A stretch of 64,000 bases of DNA from Octopus sinensis (lineage: Eukaryota), in assembly GCF_006345805.1 (NCBI RefSeq), contig NC_043025.1, positions 11,160,001 to 11,224,000 of the forward strand, written 5' to 3'. Below, piece after piece: positions 63,633 to 64,000 of this stretch (within the stretch, counting starts at the first letter, position 1; each line of letters begins with the position of its first letter). The translations under genes were made by a program, and so were the position numbers. The notes beneath the pieces were generated by a model. That model ran no database searches, had not been told where the DNA came from, and worked only from the letters and a program-made list of their open reading frames with translations.

Positions 63633-63831
63633 TATTTATATATTTTCTTTTTTTTTTCTTTTTCTTTTTCTTCCGCAGAACATTGCAACTGATAGTTTCT
63701 CCACCTGGTTGGTTCCCTTGGAAACAGATCATTTCGATGCTTGTACCTGACATTTCATTTCTTCCTAACTCCGAATCGCAGCATTGCACCATCATCAAGG
63801 GGTCAAACGGCCGAAATCGAACTCACCTGAC

Positions 63832-64000
63832 ATGCGCACCAAAACGCTGAGAAGCCGATATCCCGTTGCCGACGGCGAGGAGCACGACGAGAGTGCACTG
63901 ACCCCAAAAACCATGAGACTGGCTGAACCCGCAGCCAGCACTGGCTTGGATACCGGTGCCGGTACCGGTGGCGAGCTACCGTTCGAGGACAAAGCCGATG
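63832..64000 (+). CDS. Probable first coding exon of an unidentified gene (runs off the window)
   Basis: Strong acceptor (long pyrimidine tract + ccgcag at 63678), GC-richer unique sequence, in-frame upstream TAA at 63766, then MRTKTLRSRYPVADGEEHDESALTPKTMRLAEPAASTGLDTGAGTGGELPFEDKAD with no stop. Confidence 0.5.
   Translation, partial: MRTKTLRSRYPVADGEEHDESALTPKTMRLAEPAASTGLDTGAGTGGELPFEDKAD

Overview
AT-rich, microsatellite- and retroposon-dense animal genomic DNA. The tRNA-derived SINE families look like those of Octopus (inferred, not database-checked). There is a 100-N scaffold gap at 17505-17604. Two spliced minus-strand genes can be rebuilt by hand. (1) An ELMO-domain ARF-GAP (ELMOD1/2-like) has five coding exons between 29855 and 18512, all phase-compatible, but its last exons are not in the window and may sit in the gap. 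(2) A type II membrane fucosyltransferase-superfamily protein of about 390 aa has exons at 12430-12465, 7747-7860 and 4969-5991. A possible third gene starts on the plus strand at 63832. The rest is repeats: three SINE families, Dong/R4-type, RTE, CR1 and Tx1-like LINE fragments, Penelope-like fragments with a minimal hammerhead, Tc1/mariner, piggyBac-like, Merlin-like and Helentron-like non-autonomous elements, and many mini- and microsatellites. The most unusual structures are a Merlin-like element whose right TIR became an 18 x 161-bp satellite, a dimeric SINE carrying about 213 bp of cargo that inserted three times with separate TSDs, a stack of Dong/R4 3' ends at (TAA)n, and a 720-bp foldback MITE dimer. 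Most long ORFs in the supplied track are microsatellite artefacts.
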